This document shows, in pieces, positions 53,341 to 64,000 of a stretch of DNA of 64,000 nucleotides (within the stretch, counting starts at the first letter, position 1; every line of letters begins with the position of its first letter). A program made the translations under genes and the position numbers. The DNA lies in the NCBI RefSeq assembly GCF_009914755.1, contig NC_060926.1. One strand, written 5' to 3'. The stretch comes from the human T2T-CHM13v2.0 reference genome, Homo sapiens. The notes beneath the pieces are model-generated. The model saw only the letters and a list, made by a program, of their open reading frames with translations, was not told where the DNA came from and ran no database searches.

Positions 53341-54189
53341 AATAAAGTGTTTCCTAAATGCTTCTTCCTTTTATCTGAGTTTCAGTTGGAGTTGTATTTT
53401 ATAGTGAAAGTAGAAGTGCTCAATGAAAGGAACCCTTTAATTTCTTTTCTTCTTTTTTTCTAATGGAATATTTCTGAAAATATACTCCAAAGGAAAATCA
53501 AAGCAACCAATTCTGTGAAGGCATGTTAAAAAACATGCACAAAGTTCCTAAAATGCTGCTAAAAAAAAAACAAGAAAACAAAACAAAACAAAACAAAAAA
53601 CCCATGCTTTTCTAGTCCAGTATGTCTTAAACATATTGGACCTAAGAGCCTTTTTTTCCCCCAACAAGTTACATCCACTAACTTTTTAAAGGTCAAGTGT
53701 TTCCTTTCGGGGATCATCTCTACTTCTTCCTTTGTGTGCCATCCCCCTGAGCTAGTCAGTCAAGAGTGAACAAAGAAGTTCACTTGACAACCTAAACCTA
53801 TCAGACTGTTGTCTTGGTAATTTGCCTCTTGAGCTAAGACAAGAATATAAATTAATTATAGCTGATTCACTCCTTTACTCATATTGTGTCACAAAATAAC
53901 CAAAAGTATTATAAAATAAAATATTGTATCACTTTTAATTATCAAATTATAAGACTTTCTCTTGAGCAGACTAAATTATAGATTATAAGAGCATTTCCTA
54001 AGTTATTATAGATACCCAGAAACTGTCTCCTGCTCTTCCTGGGATCTGATTGTTAAGCTTCTCTTCTGATTTATAAACACACAATAAGGAAATTAAATAG
54101 TTCAGTAAGAAAAAAAAATGCTGGCCTCTGGTGTGAGTTTTCTAAAACAAACAAAACCAAATGAACAAACAAACAAAAAGGAAAAAAAA

Positions 54190-54482
54190 TTAGTGTACAA
54201 AGGACTTGAAAAGACACTTCTCAAAAGGAGACATACAGATGGCCAACAAACATGAAAAAATGCTCATCATCATTAATCACTAGAGAAATACAAATCAAAA
54301 CCACAATGAGATACCATCTCACACCAGTCAGAATGGCAATTATTAAAACGTCAAAAAACAAGAGATGCTGGTGGGGCTGCAGAATAAAGGGAATGCTTAT
54401 ACACTGCCCGTGGGAATGTAAATTAGTTCAGCCACTGTGGAAATCGTTAGGAGATTTTTCAAAGAACTTAGAACTACCATTT
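54190..54482 (+). mobile_element. Older L1PA/L1PB ORF2 C-terminal fragment (both ends truncated)
   Basis: ORF 54252: [45 protein letters not shown]. Confidence 0.85.
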
Positions 54483-55442
54483 GATATGGGTTTGATACCC
54501 CAAATATATAAGGAATTTCTACAACTTAATAGAAAAAAAGGCCAGAAAACAAATTGCCTGATTAAATATGGACAAAATATTTAAATAGACATTTCTCCAA
54601 AAAAGACATATGAATGGCCAGTAGGTACATGAAAAATATGCTCAACATAACTAATCATCGGGAGAATGCAAATCAAAACCACAATGAGGTATCAACTCAC
54701 ATCTATTAGCATGGCCAGATGGCCAGATGGCTGTTATTAAAAAAAATGAAGTAAGTGTTGGCGAGGATATAGAGAAATTAAAACCCTTATGTGCTATTGG
54801 GGAGAATGTAAAATGGTGAAGCTATTGTGGAAAACAGTACAAAGGTTCCTCAGAAAGTTAAAAATAGAACTACCATATGATCCAGCAATCCCACTTCTGA
54901 ATATTTATCCAAAAAAATTGAAGCCAGTGTCATTAAGAAGTATTTGCTCTCCCACATTCATTGCAGCATTATTCACAATATCAAAGAGGTAGAAACAACA
55001 CAAATATTCATCAATGGCTGAATGGCTTTGGAAAATGTGGCGTCTACATACAATAGAATATTATTTGACTTAAAAAATAAGGAATCCTGTTATACACTGT
55101 ATCATTGAAGACCCTTAAGGACATTATGTTAAATGAAATAAGCTACTTGTGGAAGAACAAATTCTGCAGTATTCTACTTATTGAGGTATCTAAAATCATT
55201 CAGCTAAATAGACACACAGAAAGTCGAATGTTAGTTGCCACTGGCTGGGAGATGGAGGAGGAAATGTGTAGCTGCTGTTCAATGGATATAGAGTTTTAGT
55301 CACAAAAGATGAAAAAGTTCTACAGATCTACTGTACCACATTACTATAAAATTGCTTATAGTTAACAATATGTTACTGTACACTTAAAAATATTCGTTAA
55401 AAGGGCAGATCTCAAATGTGCTTTTTATCACCATAACAAAAA
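54483..55442 (+). mobile_element. L1MA/MB (L1MA9-like) 3' end
   Basis: ORF 54789: [34 protein letters not shown]; 3'UTR 'gatgaaaaagttctacagatct...gggcagatctc'. Confidence 0.85.
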
Positions 55443-55924
55443 GTCTTACTATGAGTAGTTAAAATGGTAAGATTGATTATACATTTGTTATTAATTTGTT
55501 CCTTTTGTTATTTTTATTTTTTGTGCTGAAAGAATTTGTAATGAGTAGACTTGCAATACAGAAAAATAAAATTGTTAAAGGATGTTCTTCAGTGAAGGAA
55601 AATGACAACATAAGGAAAATTAGACCAACCCAAAAAAGACACCAGAAATAGTAAATATGTGAATAAGTATAAAAATAATTTTCTCATTATTTTCTTAAAG
55701 ATAACTTTTATAAAATGATACAAATATATTGGAATTTTTATAACATTTGTGGAAGTAAAATTTCTTAAAACATTGTACATTGTATAAGTACACAAATTAG
55801 CATTGCACACGTGGCTTGTAATTGTTTTTGCAAAGAGCGCTAGTAGTTCGTTCTAATTAGAGAGTGAACCACTTGGGAGAAATGAGTATGCTTTTCATCA
55901 TGTAATTTCAGCATTTAATATATA

Positions 55925-56002
55925 TTATTGTCTTAATGTTTGCATTTATTTACTTACAAATTGTCATAAAATTGTGTATATAGTATACAACATGATATTT
56001 TA

Positions 56003-56056
<54 letters not shown>

Positions 56057-56245
56057 GAATGGCTAAATCTAGCTAATTAACGTATGTACCATCTCACAGT
56101 TACCATTTTTGTGCTAAGAACATTTAACAGGCACTGCTTTTCAAGAATACACTATATTGTTAATAACTATGTTACCACATTGTACAATGGATCTCTTGAA
56201 CTTATTCTTCCTAACTGAAATTTTGTAGCCTTTGACCAACATCTC
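55925..56245 (-). mobile_element. L1MA 3'UTR fragment with (TA)n at about 56004-56053
   Basis: 'tacaacatgatatttt...gtggaatggctaaatctagctaattaac...gatctcttgaacttattc...cctttgaccaacatctc'. Confidence 0.85.
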
Positions 56246-56253
56246 TTGGTTGT

Positions 56254-56722
56254 GGGGTGGGGGGTAGGGGGTAGGGGGTAGGGGGTGAGGGGTGGTGGGG
56301 AGGCTCAGGCATGGCGGGCTGCAGGTCTCGAGCCCTGCCCCGTGGGGAGGCAGCTAAGGCCCGGCGAGAAATCAAGCACAGCAGCTGCTGGCCCAGGTGC
56401 TAAGCCCCTTACTGCCTGGGGCTGGTGGGGCCGGCCGGCCGGCAGCTCCGAGTGCAGGGCCTGCTGAGCCCACGCCCACCCGGAACTCGCACTGGCCCGC
56501 AAGCGCAGCCCACAGCCCCGGTTCCCGCCCACGCCTCTTCCTCCATACCTCCCTGCAAGCTGAGGGAGCCGGCTCCGGCCTTGGCCAGCCCAGAAAGGGG
56601 CTCCCACGGTGCAGCAGCGGGCTGGAGGGCTCCTCAAGCATGGCCAGAGTGGGCGCCACGGCCGAGGAAGCATCGAGAGTGAGCGAGGGCTGCGAGGGCT
56701 GCCAGCACGTTGTCACCTCTCA
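56254..56722 (-). mobile_element. LTR12 (HERV9 LTR; LTR12D/E-like) 5' U3 fragment, truncated
   Basis: Minus strand begins tgagaggtgacaacgtgctggcagccctcgcagccctcgctc...; GC/CpG-rich; ends in a G-run tract at 56254-56300. Confidence 0.93.
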
Positions 56723-57809
56723 GTACTAAGTCTACTTTTTCCAGAAGTGTAAGACTTTAAGAAGTAGTGGAAACTTGAAAGTAAGAAACTAATTCCATTT
56801 TAGACCATTATTTCAAAAACTGCAAATTTTTTTTTCCCATTTCTGATAGGGTCAATCCTTTATAACTGGTGTTTTGTAATATTAGTGTAAAATATTGAGA
56901 AAAGTTAAACATGTAAAGTATAAAAACCTATCCTTTTAATATGTGCAAGAAGTTGGAGAATGATTCAACATACTGAAATCAGGTGATAAAGTATCTATAT
57001 TCACATATAAATTAAAATAATGATGACAGAATTTAATTTCCTTTTGTGCATCTTCTTTGAAACTGTAATAAAATACATCTGTAGTCTGTATACTGGAGAT
57101 ATATCCTGGGCCAGTGGTGTTGAAGTTAAATTTTTGTTGGATTGCTGTGCAAAGACCTCTAGGAATTTGAAATTTCTAATTAGAGACTTGCTTAACTACT
57201 AGGAATTTTGGAATAGCCACCCAACTGCCAGGTTTACTAGCTGATGAACACCATGGATACTTGAAGTGTTTGTAGTTCCCTTTACTAAAAAATGACTCTG
57301 TGTAGTAATTAAGATGCTTATGGCATCTTCAGCAGCAAAACTAGACCATGCAGCAGCAGTTATATTTTAATCATTTCTTTTTGTTCTTATTTGTGCTAGC
57401 TCTTATAATAAATTTTTGTAAAAATTGGGCCCAAAGCATGTGTACATTAGAAGTCAATTAACTCATTTATAGCACAGAGATAGTATTTTAAAGTTGTAGG
57501 TTCAGAAAATTGTTATTTGAACAAGGTATGATTATCTGAGGCGTCTTTGACAAATTTTATTATTCCCAGTAGGTACCCATTCAACACACATTACTCTTCC
57601 AACTTCAAAGAGTTTGCAGTCAGTTTAGTTAGTAAGATGTACATTTTAAGAGTAACTAAAATGTAATGTAGTAAGAGTTTTTGAAACAGCCCACACAGGG
57701 AGCTCTGAGAGCACAAGGACACACAGTACCTGCAGCCTCAGGATAGGTTTAGAAAACAATAGTAATTAAGCTGCCTATTTACTAGGCAAATAATTGGAAA
57801 AGAGTAGCA

Positions 57810-58105
57810 AGAGGGATATTGTGGTGATGGAATAGTTAAGTGTTTTGATTATGGTAGCTATTATATAAATATATAGGAGATAACATTGTATAGAATACAC
57901 TCAAAACACACACATTTGAGTGCATATACATATGGTAGAAGCTGACTAAATTATGGGATTATACTGATTTTAATGTCTTTGTTTTGATATCAGACTAGAG
58001 TTATGAAAGATGTTATTATTGAGGGAAACTAAGTGACAGGTAGCTGGGACTTTTCTGTATTTTTTAATAATTTTCTGTGAGCCTATAATTATTGCAAATT
58101 TATTT
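57810..58105 (+). mobile_element. L1MC 3'UTR fragment
   Basis: 'gtggtgatggaatagtt...agttatgaaagatgttattattgagggaaact...ttctgtgagcctataattatt'. Confidence 0.75.
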
Positions 58106-58600
58106 TTTTAATGAAAAAGGAGAATTTGAGAAATAAAATTATACACTAAGACTAACATTTGGAATGATACAGATATTTTAAATAGATTTGTAATTTTTAA
58201 ATAGATGGGAATAGAAAGAGAAGAGATTTGACTTAAAAATGTGGTTTGTGGCCAGGTTCCATAAGGCATTCTACACAATGCTAACACATTTGGATTTTCG
58301 GCTGAAATCATAAGATATTAGTCTGTCTTAGAAACAGAAGCAAATAATCAGGTAAAAACCCCTCCGAAATATATTCAATTAACGATATCAGAATCTCTGC
58401 TGTCTTTTTGCAATGAAGGAGCTCTCAGGAGATTTGAGGTGTCCTTTATAGAATTATTTTTGTTTATAAATGAATGAACATAATGCACTTAATTCAATGC
58501 TAACAAATAAGAAGGTTTTTCTGGGCTTTTCTTAAACATCAATTTTGTCTTTGGTAAATGGCATTTACATGGGTATTGTACTGTGTTTCATTTTACTGTA

Positions 58601-58755
58601 TTTTTTAGAGACAGGGTCTCACTCTTGTCACCCATGCTCCAGTGCGGGAGCATGATCATACCTCACTGCAGGCTGAAATTCTTGGGCTTAAGCGATCCTC
58701 CTGCCACATCCTCCAGAGCAGCTGGGACTACAGACACAAGCCACCCCACTGGCTG
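58601..58755 (-). mobile_element. Alu monomer (FRAM/AluJ right-arm like)
   Basis: 'gagacagggtctcactct...ctcactgcag...gggcttaagcgatcctcctgcc...gctgggactacag'. Confidence 0.85.
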
Positions 58756-59105
58756 TATAATCATTTTTAATGTTTTGAATTAAACACTGGAAGTGTAATA
58801 CAGTAATTTCCAAATTACTTGTAAGAAAATGTATTACAATTCTTCGTAAAATATTTTGAAAAAATACAGTACAATGGAATTCTATCATTTACATATTTAT
58901 GAACTGTATTCATCCATTTTCAAACTGCTGATAACGACATATCCGAGATTGGGCAATTTACAAAAGAAAGAGTTTTACTGGACTTACAGTTCCACATGGC
59001 TGGGGAGGCCTCACAATCATGGTGGAAGGCAAGAAGGAGCACGTCACATCTTATATGGATGGCAGCAGGCAAAGAGAGAGCTTGTGTAGAAGAACTCCCA
59101 TTTTA

Positions 59106-59267
59106 TTTTATTTTATTTTTATTTATTTATTTTTTCTTTTTTGTATTTTTAGTAGAGACGGGTTTCACCGTGTTAGCCAGGATGATCTCCATCGCCTGGC
59201 CTCGTGATCCGCCCGCCTCGGCATCCCAAAGTGCTGGGATTACAGGCGTAAGCCACCTCGCCCGGCC
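59106..59267 (-). mobile_element. AluY-like left monomer with A-rich tail
   Basis: Diagnostic 'caccgtgttagccaggatg'; no right arm; TSD gaactcccatttta at 59092-59105 and 59272-59285. Confidence 0.9.
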
Positions 59268-59292
59268 CCCTGAACTCCCATTTTAAAAACCA

Positions 59293-59580
59293 AAGCCCAG
59301 TGCGGTCTGGGAGGCTGAGGTGGGCGGATCACCTGAGGTCGGGGGTTAGAGATCTGACCAACATGGAGAAACCCCGTCTCTACTAAAAATACAAAATTAG
59401 CCGGGCGTCGTGGCGCATGCTGTAATCTCAGCTACTCAGGAGGCTGAAGCAGGAGAATCACTTGAACCCAGGAGGTGGGGGTTACACTGAGCTGTGATCG
59501 AGCCATTGCACTCCAGCCTGGGCAACAAGAGTGAAACTCCGTCAAAAAAACAAACAAGCAAACAAACAAACAAAAACGAA
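59293..59580 (+). mobile_element. AluSp-like SINE with small 5' internal deletions
   Basis: 'cacctgaggtcggg','ctgaccaacatggagaaacccc','ggcaacaagagtgaaactcc'; (CAAA)n tail. Confidence 0.9.
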
Positions 59581-60102
59581 AAACATAAGATCTCGTGAGA
59601 CCCATTCACTATCACGAAAGAAGCACAGGAAAGACCCACCCCCATCATTCAATTATCTCCCACAACACGTGGGAATTATGGGAGCTACAAGGTGAGATTC
59701 GGGTGGGAACACAGAGCCAAACCATATCATAAGCTGACTTTAAAACCTGATGCTTGAGTAAGTGTCATTTAAAATCTCTATTATTCATTGGATGATTTAG
59801 TAGGAGAGAACAGGCAGGTAGTAGTTTTTTTTAGAGTTACCAAAGACATATTGTATGACAGTCAGATCAAACAAGGCTTAGACCAGTTCAAATCCAATAA
59901 ACACTTATTCAGTCTGACATAGTCCGCAATGTGTTTCACATGTATTATTTATCTTAACTCCGACAACAAACATACCATTTAAATGTATTAAAGTTATAAT
60001 AGACATACTTTTGAAATCGAGTGGATTAAATCCTGAAGGCAAGCAGGAGGGCATCAGAATTATCTTCTTCTCAATCACTTTATTTATGCTCGCTCCCCAC
60101 AA

Positions 60103-60141
<39 letters not shown>
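60103..60141. repeat. (GC)3(AC)n microsatellite
   Basis: gcgcgcacacac... about 17 CA units. Confidence 0.95.
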
Positions 60142-60142
<1 letters not shown>

Positions 60143-61319
60143 TTGCCACTCGAATTTCGACAGTTATCTTAAAAGCAGAATGTCTGGTCCCTTGTATATT
60201 GCCTTTTCTTTTGTTCTTTGTAACTTTCCTCATTGAGCCTGAAATCTTACCATGCATAAGTTTTACTAAATACGGTGTCATACAGAAAACTATAAACATT
60301 TTACTTCATCTGTATTTAGGAGATTTTGAATATTAATTTTTGATGTTCTAAATTAAATATTAATTTTCAGTGTAAAATTCTTACCTCACAGATTGACTTT
60401 ATCAACTAGCCTAGCATTAAATGCATTTCACTTCCATTGTACCTCAAGGTATATAATTGACTTCTGGGGTAAGTAATACAGCTGACAAAATAAAATCTTA
60501 TATTTTAAAATTTTTTATTTATTTTTACAATGTTCACAGGCATGGAAAACATATGTTTAAGACTCACTTAAATACAACAATTACCCTTGTCTGGAATTTT
60601 GCTAGCTTACACGTTTCCTTAATGTAATGAAATAATTGATTCATCATTTTGGGTTTAAAGATTTTTTTATGGACAGATGAAAAGGCTACTTTTTGTCAGT
60701 TAGAACCTATCTAAGCATGCCACTGTTATATATGAACAAAGAAGAATTTACACATTATAAAAATCTGGCTGACCTCCATTAAAAAAAAAAAGATTGTGTT
60801 TCACTTAGGGTCTAATTGTGCTGTCACTTGTTGTCCTCCATGTCCTCTAAAGCAGCCATCTAAACTTCCAAAAGTATGTTAATAAAAGATTCCTTGAAGA
60901 TGAGACTAGAAATAAAAATTTGGCTTTCCATTACAATAAAAATCAAAATAATAATTTATTAATACTATTTCACATTTCTATCTTAAGTGTGTGCAATTTA
61001 ATTATGTATTAACATACTTGTTACCTTGAAAAAATTATTGTAACTTTTAGCTTAAATTTATTGATATAAAATGAAGTTCTTCACATAGATTTATCAATCA
61101 TTTAATTAACAATTATATAAAAGTAAGTACATTTATGTTTTATCATGTTCTTATAAATTGAGATACAATATACAATTGAATGATAGAATGTTTTAGTTTT
61201 TTTAAAAAAATGGTTTTCCAAATATTTTCACATCTTTTTAAAATTTTGTTTTAGTTTCCTACTCTCACAATCCATTCTACTGTTTTATTTCTTTTCCACT
61301 TTAGGGAAAGCACAATGAC

Positions 61320-61510
61320 ACAGAAGGAAATATAGAAGTCCCCAAATTAGGAATCTTGGATTTTAGACCCAGTGTTCCCTTAACTGCTTAAAGTGTGACC
61401 TCAAGTAAGTTTCTCATCCTCTCTGAGCCTCAGTTCTTTTGCCCAAATAATGCCTCAGTCTAGATAATCTTTATGGTGTCCCTACTGATGCAAATATTTC
61501 TCTGCTATGA
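61320..61510 (+). mobile_element. MIR/MIR3 fragment
   Basis: 'gtgtgacctcaagtaagtttctcatcctctctgagcctcagtt' CORE-SINE motif. Confidence 0.7.
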
Positions 61511-63404
61511 ATCTCCTAAATCTGAGATCATCCAGAAATAGAGATTAACAAGAATAATTTAATGCAAGCAATAAGAGAAAGAAATATTTAAGAAAAAAAC
61601 AAAATTATGGAAGAGCTATTTTTCACTTCAAAAAATATTTTCATCAGAAGGTTAATATGTAATGTCATTGTACTCATGATTTTTAAAATATATTTCAAAT
61701 TTAATCATACTTTTAGTCAAAAGTTTTCTTCCTAGACAACTGGAAATTTCTCATTGCATTTAGATAATTCATTATATGGCAATTCAATTATAAACTGGTT
61801 TAGCAGAAATTTTCTCTTGGAACAAAATGTTTACAAATTAATACAAGAGCAAGATAATTATTGATGCTAGGTCGAAGAGCAGATACAGCACATTAAATGC
61901 AGACAGAGAAGCAAGAATCAATACTGTTGACTCCACATGAAACAAAATAATTAGAGATATATACTTACAAAAGGAATAAACAATAGAGACATGATTATTT
62001 GTCTTTGATTGATGAGTAAAGTCCTACAGGAACTTTATCAGCAGTATAATTACCTTCTTTTCCTAAAATTTTCATTTTGTATAAGGAAAACATGCAGGGA
62101 ATCAAATCTGAAGAAAGCTGGTCTTTCTGCTTCTCTATGCTTAAGTAACAATGACCTAAGTGGAAAAATTAGAATGATTCAGGCCAGTAGCCAGTAGCAT
62201 ATTCAGACATTCATTTAGCCTGGACACCTCTTGACTCCACAGGGAAGCCACAAGTTCAGGCAAGTGGTGGATTTTAAATGGTCTCATGTGTCAAAGAGGT
62301 TGAATGAGCAGACTTAAAGTTGAAGGTAGCATAGAAAGATAAGTAGAACCATATGATAAGAATTTTAACAAAACTGAATTTTTGAGCATATTAAATAAAT
62401 CAAAACCCAAGGTATTTTATATCATCCAGAAAGTAGAAGGCATATGTTAACTAATTGCCAGGAGTATATGTTAATGAATATATGCATATAATTATAAAAG
62501 TAAAGTTATTCTAAACTCTTTAACTCTTGTAAGAGAAAATGTCTTTTTTATTCTGTCAAATAAAATTATTCACAGACTAGAGTTAGCAGATAATTATTAA
62601 AATATCTAGGAGGCTTGCCTCTAAACCCCATCTCATAAAAAGGTGTAGCAACTTCATATGTAAAATAATAGAAGGTAAAATTTTGGGAGGATCTTAACTT
62701 CTTATTTTACTTAAAATTATATGTCCAAAAATGCACATATTAAATTTAGAGAATCAGCATCTCTGCGCTAGTCATGATTAAGGACAAATCCACCCACTTG
62801 ATAGTCTTCCCACTGAGTTAGTGAAACATGTAAGTGAAATGTTGATTACACACCTGCAAGGGCTTTCTAACCTATGTGTGGTCCTGCTAGAATGCTTTCT
62901 GGTCATGGTTACTGCAATCAAAACCACCTATAAGAGGACAGGTAGAAAAGCTAATGCTTGGTAAAACACTAGTTATTTCATTCCCATCACCAAAAATATT
63001 CTGTTTATACAATTCTCTTTAATTAAGTGTAGCACAATTGCCATTTTTATTAATAGAAGCAAGATTTAAATGAATAGTTTTTTTCAGTGTGACAAATGAA
63101 TAAAAGCCAACGGAGAACATCATTATTGTTTCACATTTCCATTAACCTTAAAAAGTCTCAAGAAACTGTGTGTTTGAGCACCAGAATATATAGGTTTTAA
63201 TTACAAGATGACTCTATTTGGTATTTTTAACTTGTTACATGCTTTTACTTAGGCCATATACTGACATCAACACTTAGGAAGAAATAGGACTGCAATGAGG
63301 ACAAAACCTGTTACAGGGAAAGGAAATGATAGAGGCCTGGAAAACAAAGCAAATAACAAGAGTCAGATGTTGAAGGAATAGAGGGAAATATACTAAGAGG
63401 AAAA

Positions 63405-63560
63405 AATGTATGTATTATATCAAAATATGATATATATTTTATATAATTTATATTTACATATAAATATATATTTTGAATATATAAGTCATAATATACTATA
63501 AATTTATATAATTTATATTTATATATAAATAGATATACATTTACAATACTCATTTTTAAA
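63405..63560. repeat. AT-rich low-complexity tract
   Basis: Degenerate (TA)n. Confidence 0.85.
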
Positions 63561-63689
63561 TTTTTTAAATCACGGCTTTCAAGAATAATTTGAAAAATTG
63601 GGCTCTTTCAAAAGAGTTTGGTGAAATTAACAGCAGACATATTTATAGGAAGAAATTAATGGCTATGACAGTAGCTAACATGTTAGATG

Positions 63690-63890
63690 ATACCAATATG
63701 CCATGCAGCATTCTAAGTTTCTTACATGTACAAACTCATTTAATCATCTCAACAGCCCTAGAAAATAGGTAGAATTATTATTTTTGCTCTGAGATCAAAA
63801 TATTGCTTACAACTGCACTGAAGTAATCAGAATAGAAGAATAGGCATAACTCACATACCAGCTTTCATATCTACATACTAATCTTTCCTA
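63690..63890 (-). mobile_element. MIR fragment
   Basis: 'aactcatttaatcatctcaacagccctag...aggtagaattattattt'. Confidence 0.65.
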
Positions 63891-64000
63891 TTTGTTTCCA
63901 CAAATGACTCTCTATGCTCCTATAAAAATTAAATCCTCCTTCCACTTGTGACTAGAACTGGGCAATAATAATCCTATCCCATCTCTTCCATAGCCTCCAA

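Larger units (their letters stand above)
58905..59729 (-). mobile_element. THE1 (THE1A-like) MaLR solo LTR interrupted by two Alus
   Basis: tgtatt..tccattttca...ctgctgataa start; 'cagttccacatggctggggaggcctcacaatcatgg'; ends acacagagccaaaccatatca. Confidence 0.92.

Noticed and set aside
55300-56245. Second tail-to-tail L1MA pair as a hairpin
   Set aside because: The elements are old and too diverged from each other for a credible long stem by eye.
56285-56729. Cluster of five overlapping GC-rich ORFs or a CpG-island gene promoter
   Set aside because: Entirely within LTR12 U3; stop codons are simply rare in GC-rich sequence.

Overview
AT-rich primate (catarrhine, probably human) non-coding DNA, intergenic or deep intronic. 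I find no supportable protein-coding exon, RNA gene or CRISPR array. The long ORFs are decayed LINE-1 ORF2 pieces, and the rest are chance ORFs in Alu, LTR or low-complexity sequence. A large part of the window is recognisable transposon relics: L1PA/L1M LINEs, L2/MIR, Alus, MaLR/ERVL/ERV1 LTRs, an ERVL internal region and Tigger/MER DNA transposons. I see no convincing new biological system. Five structures stand out. (1) Two 5'-inverted (twin-primed) L1PA elements lie tail-to-tail so that about 9.1-14.0 kb forms a nested ~2 kb quasi-palindrome, with some apparently shared non-consensus variants between the arms. (2) A head-to-head Alu pair is inserted at one palindromic TTTTAAAA site inside a THE1 LTR. 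(3) A tail-less L1 sits inside a Tigger3. (4) An LTR12 is broken at an expanded G-quadruplex tract. (5) There is a ~108-bp dispersed duplication of apparently unique sequence. Subfamily names come from remembered consensus sequences and need Dfam/RepeatMasker confirmation. Boundaries of old elements are approximate.
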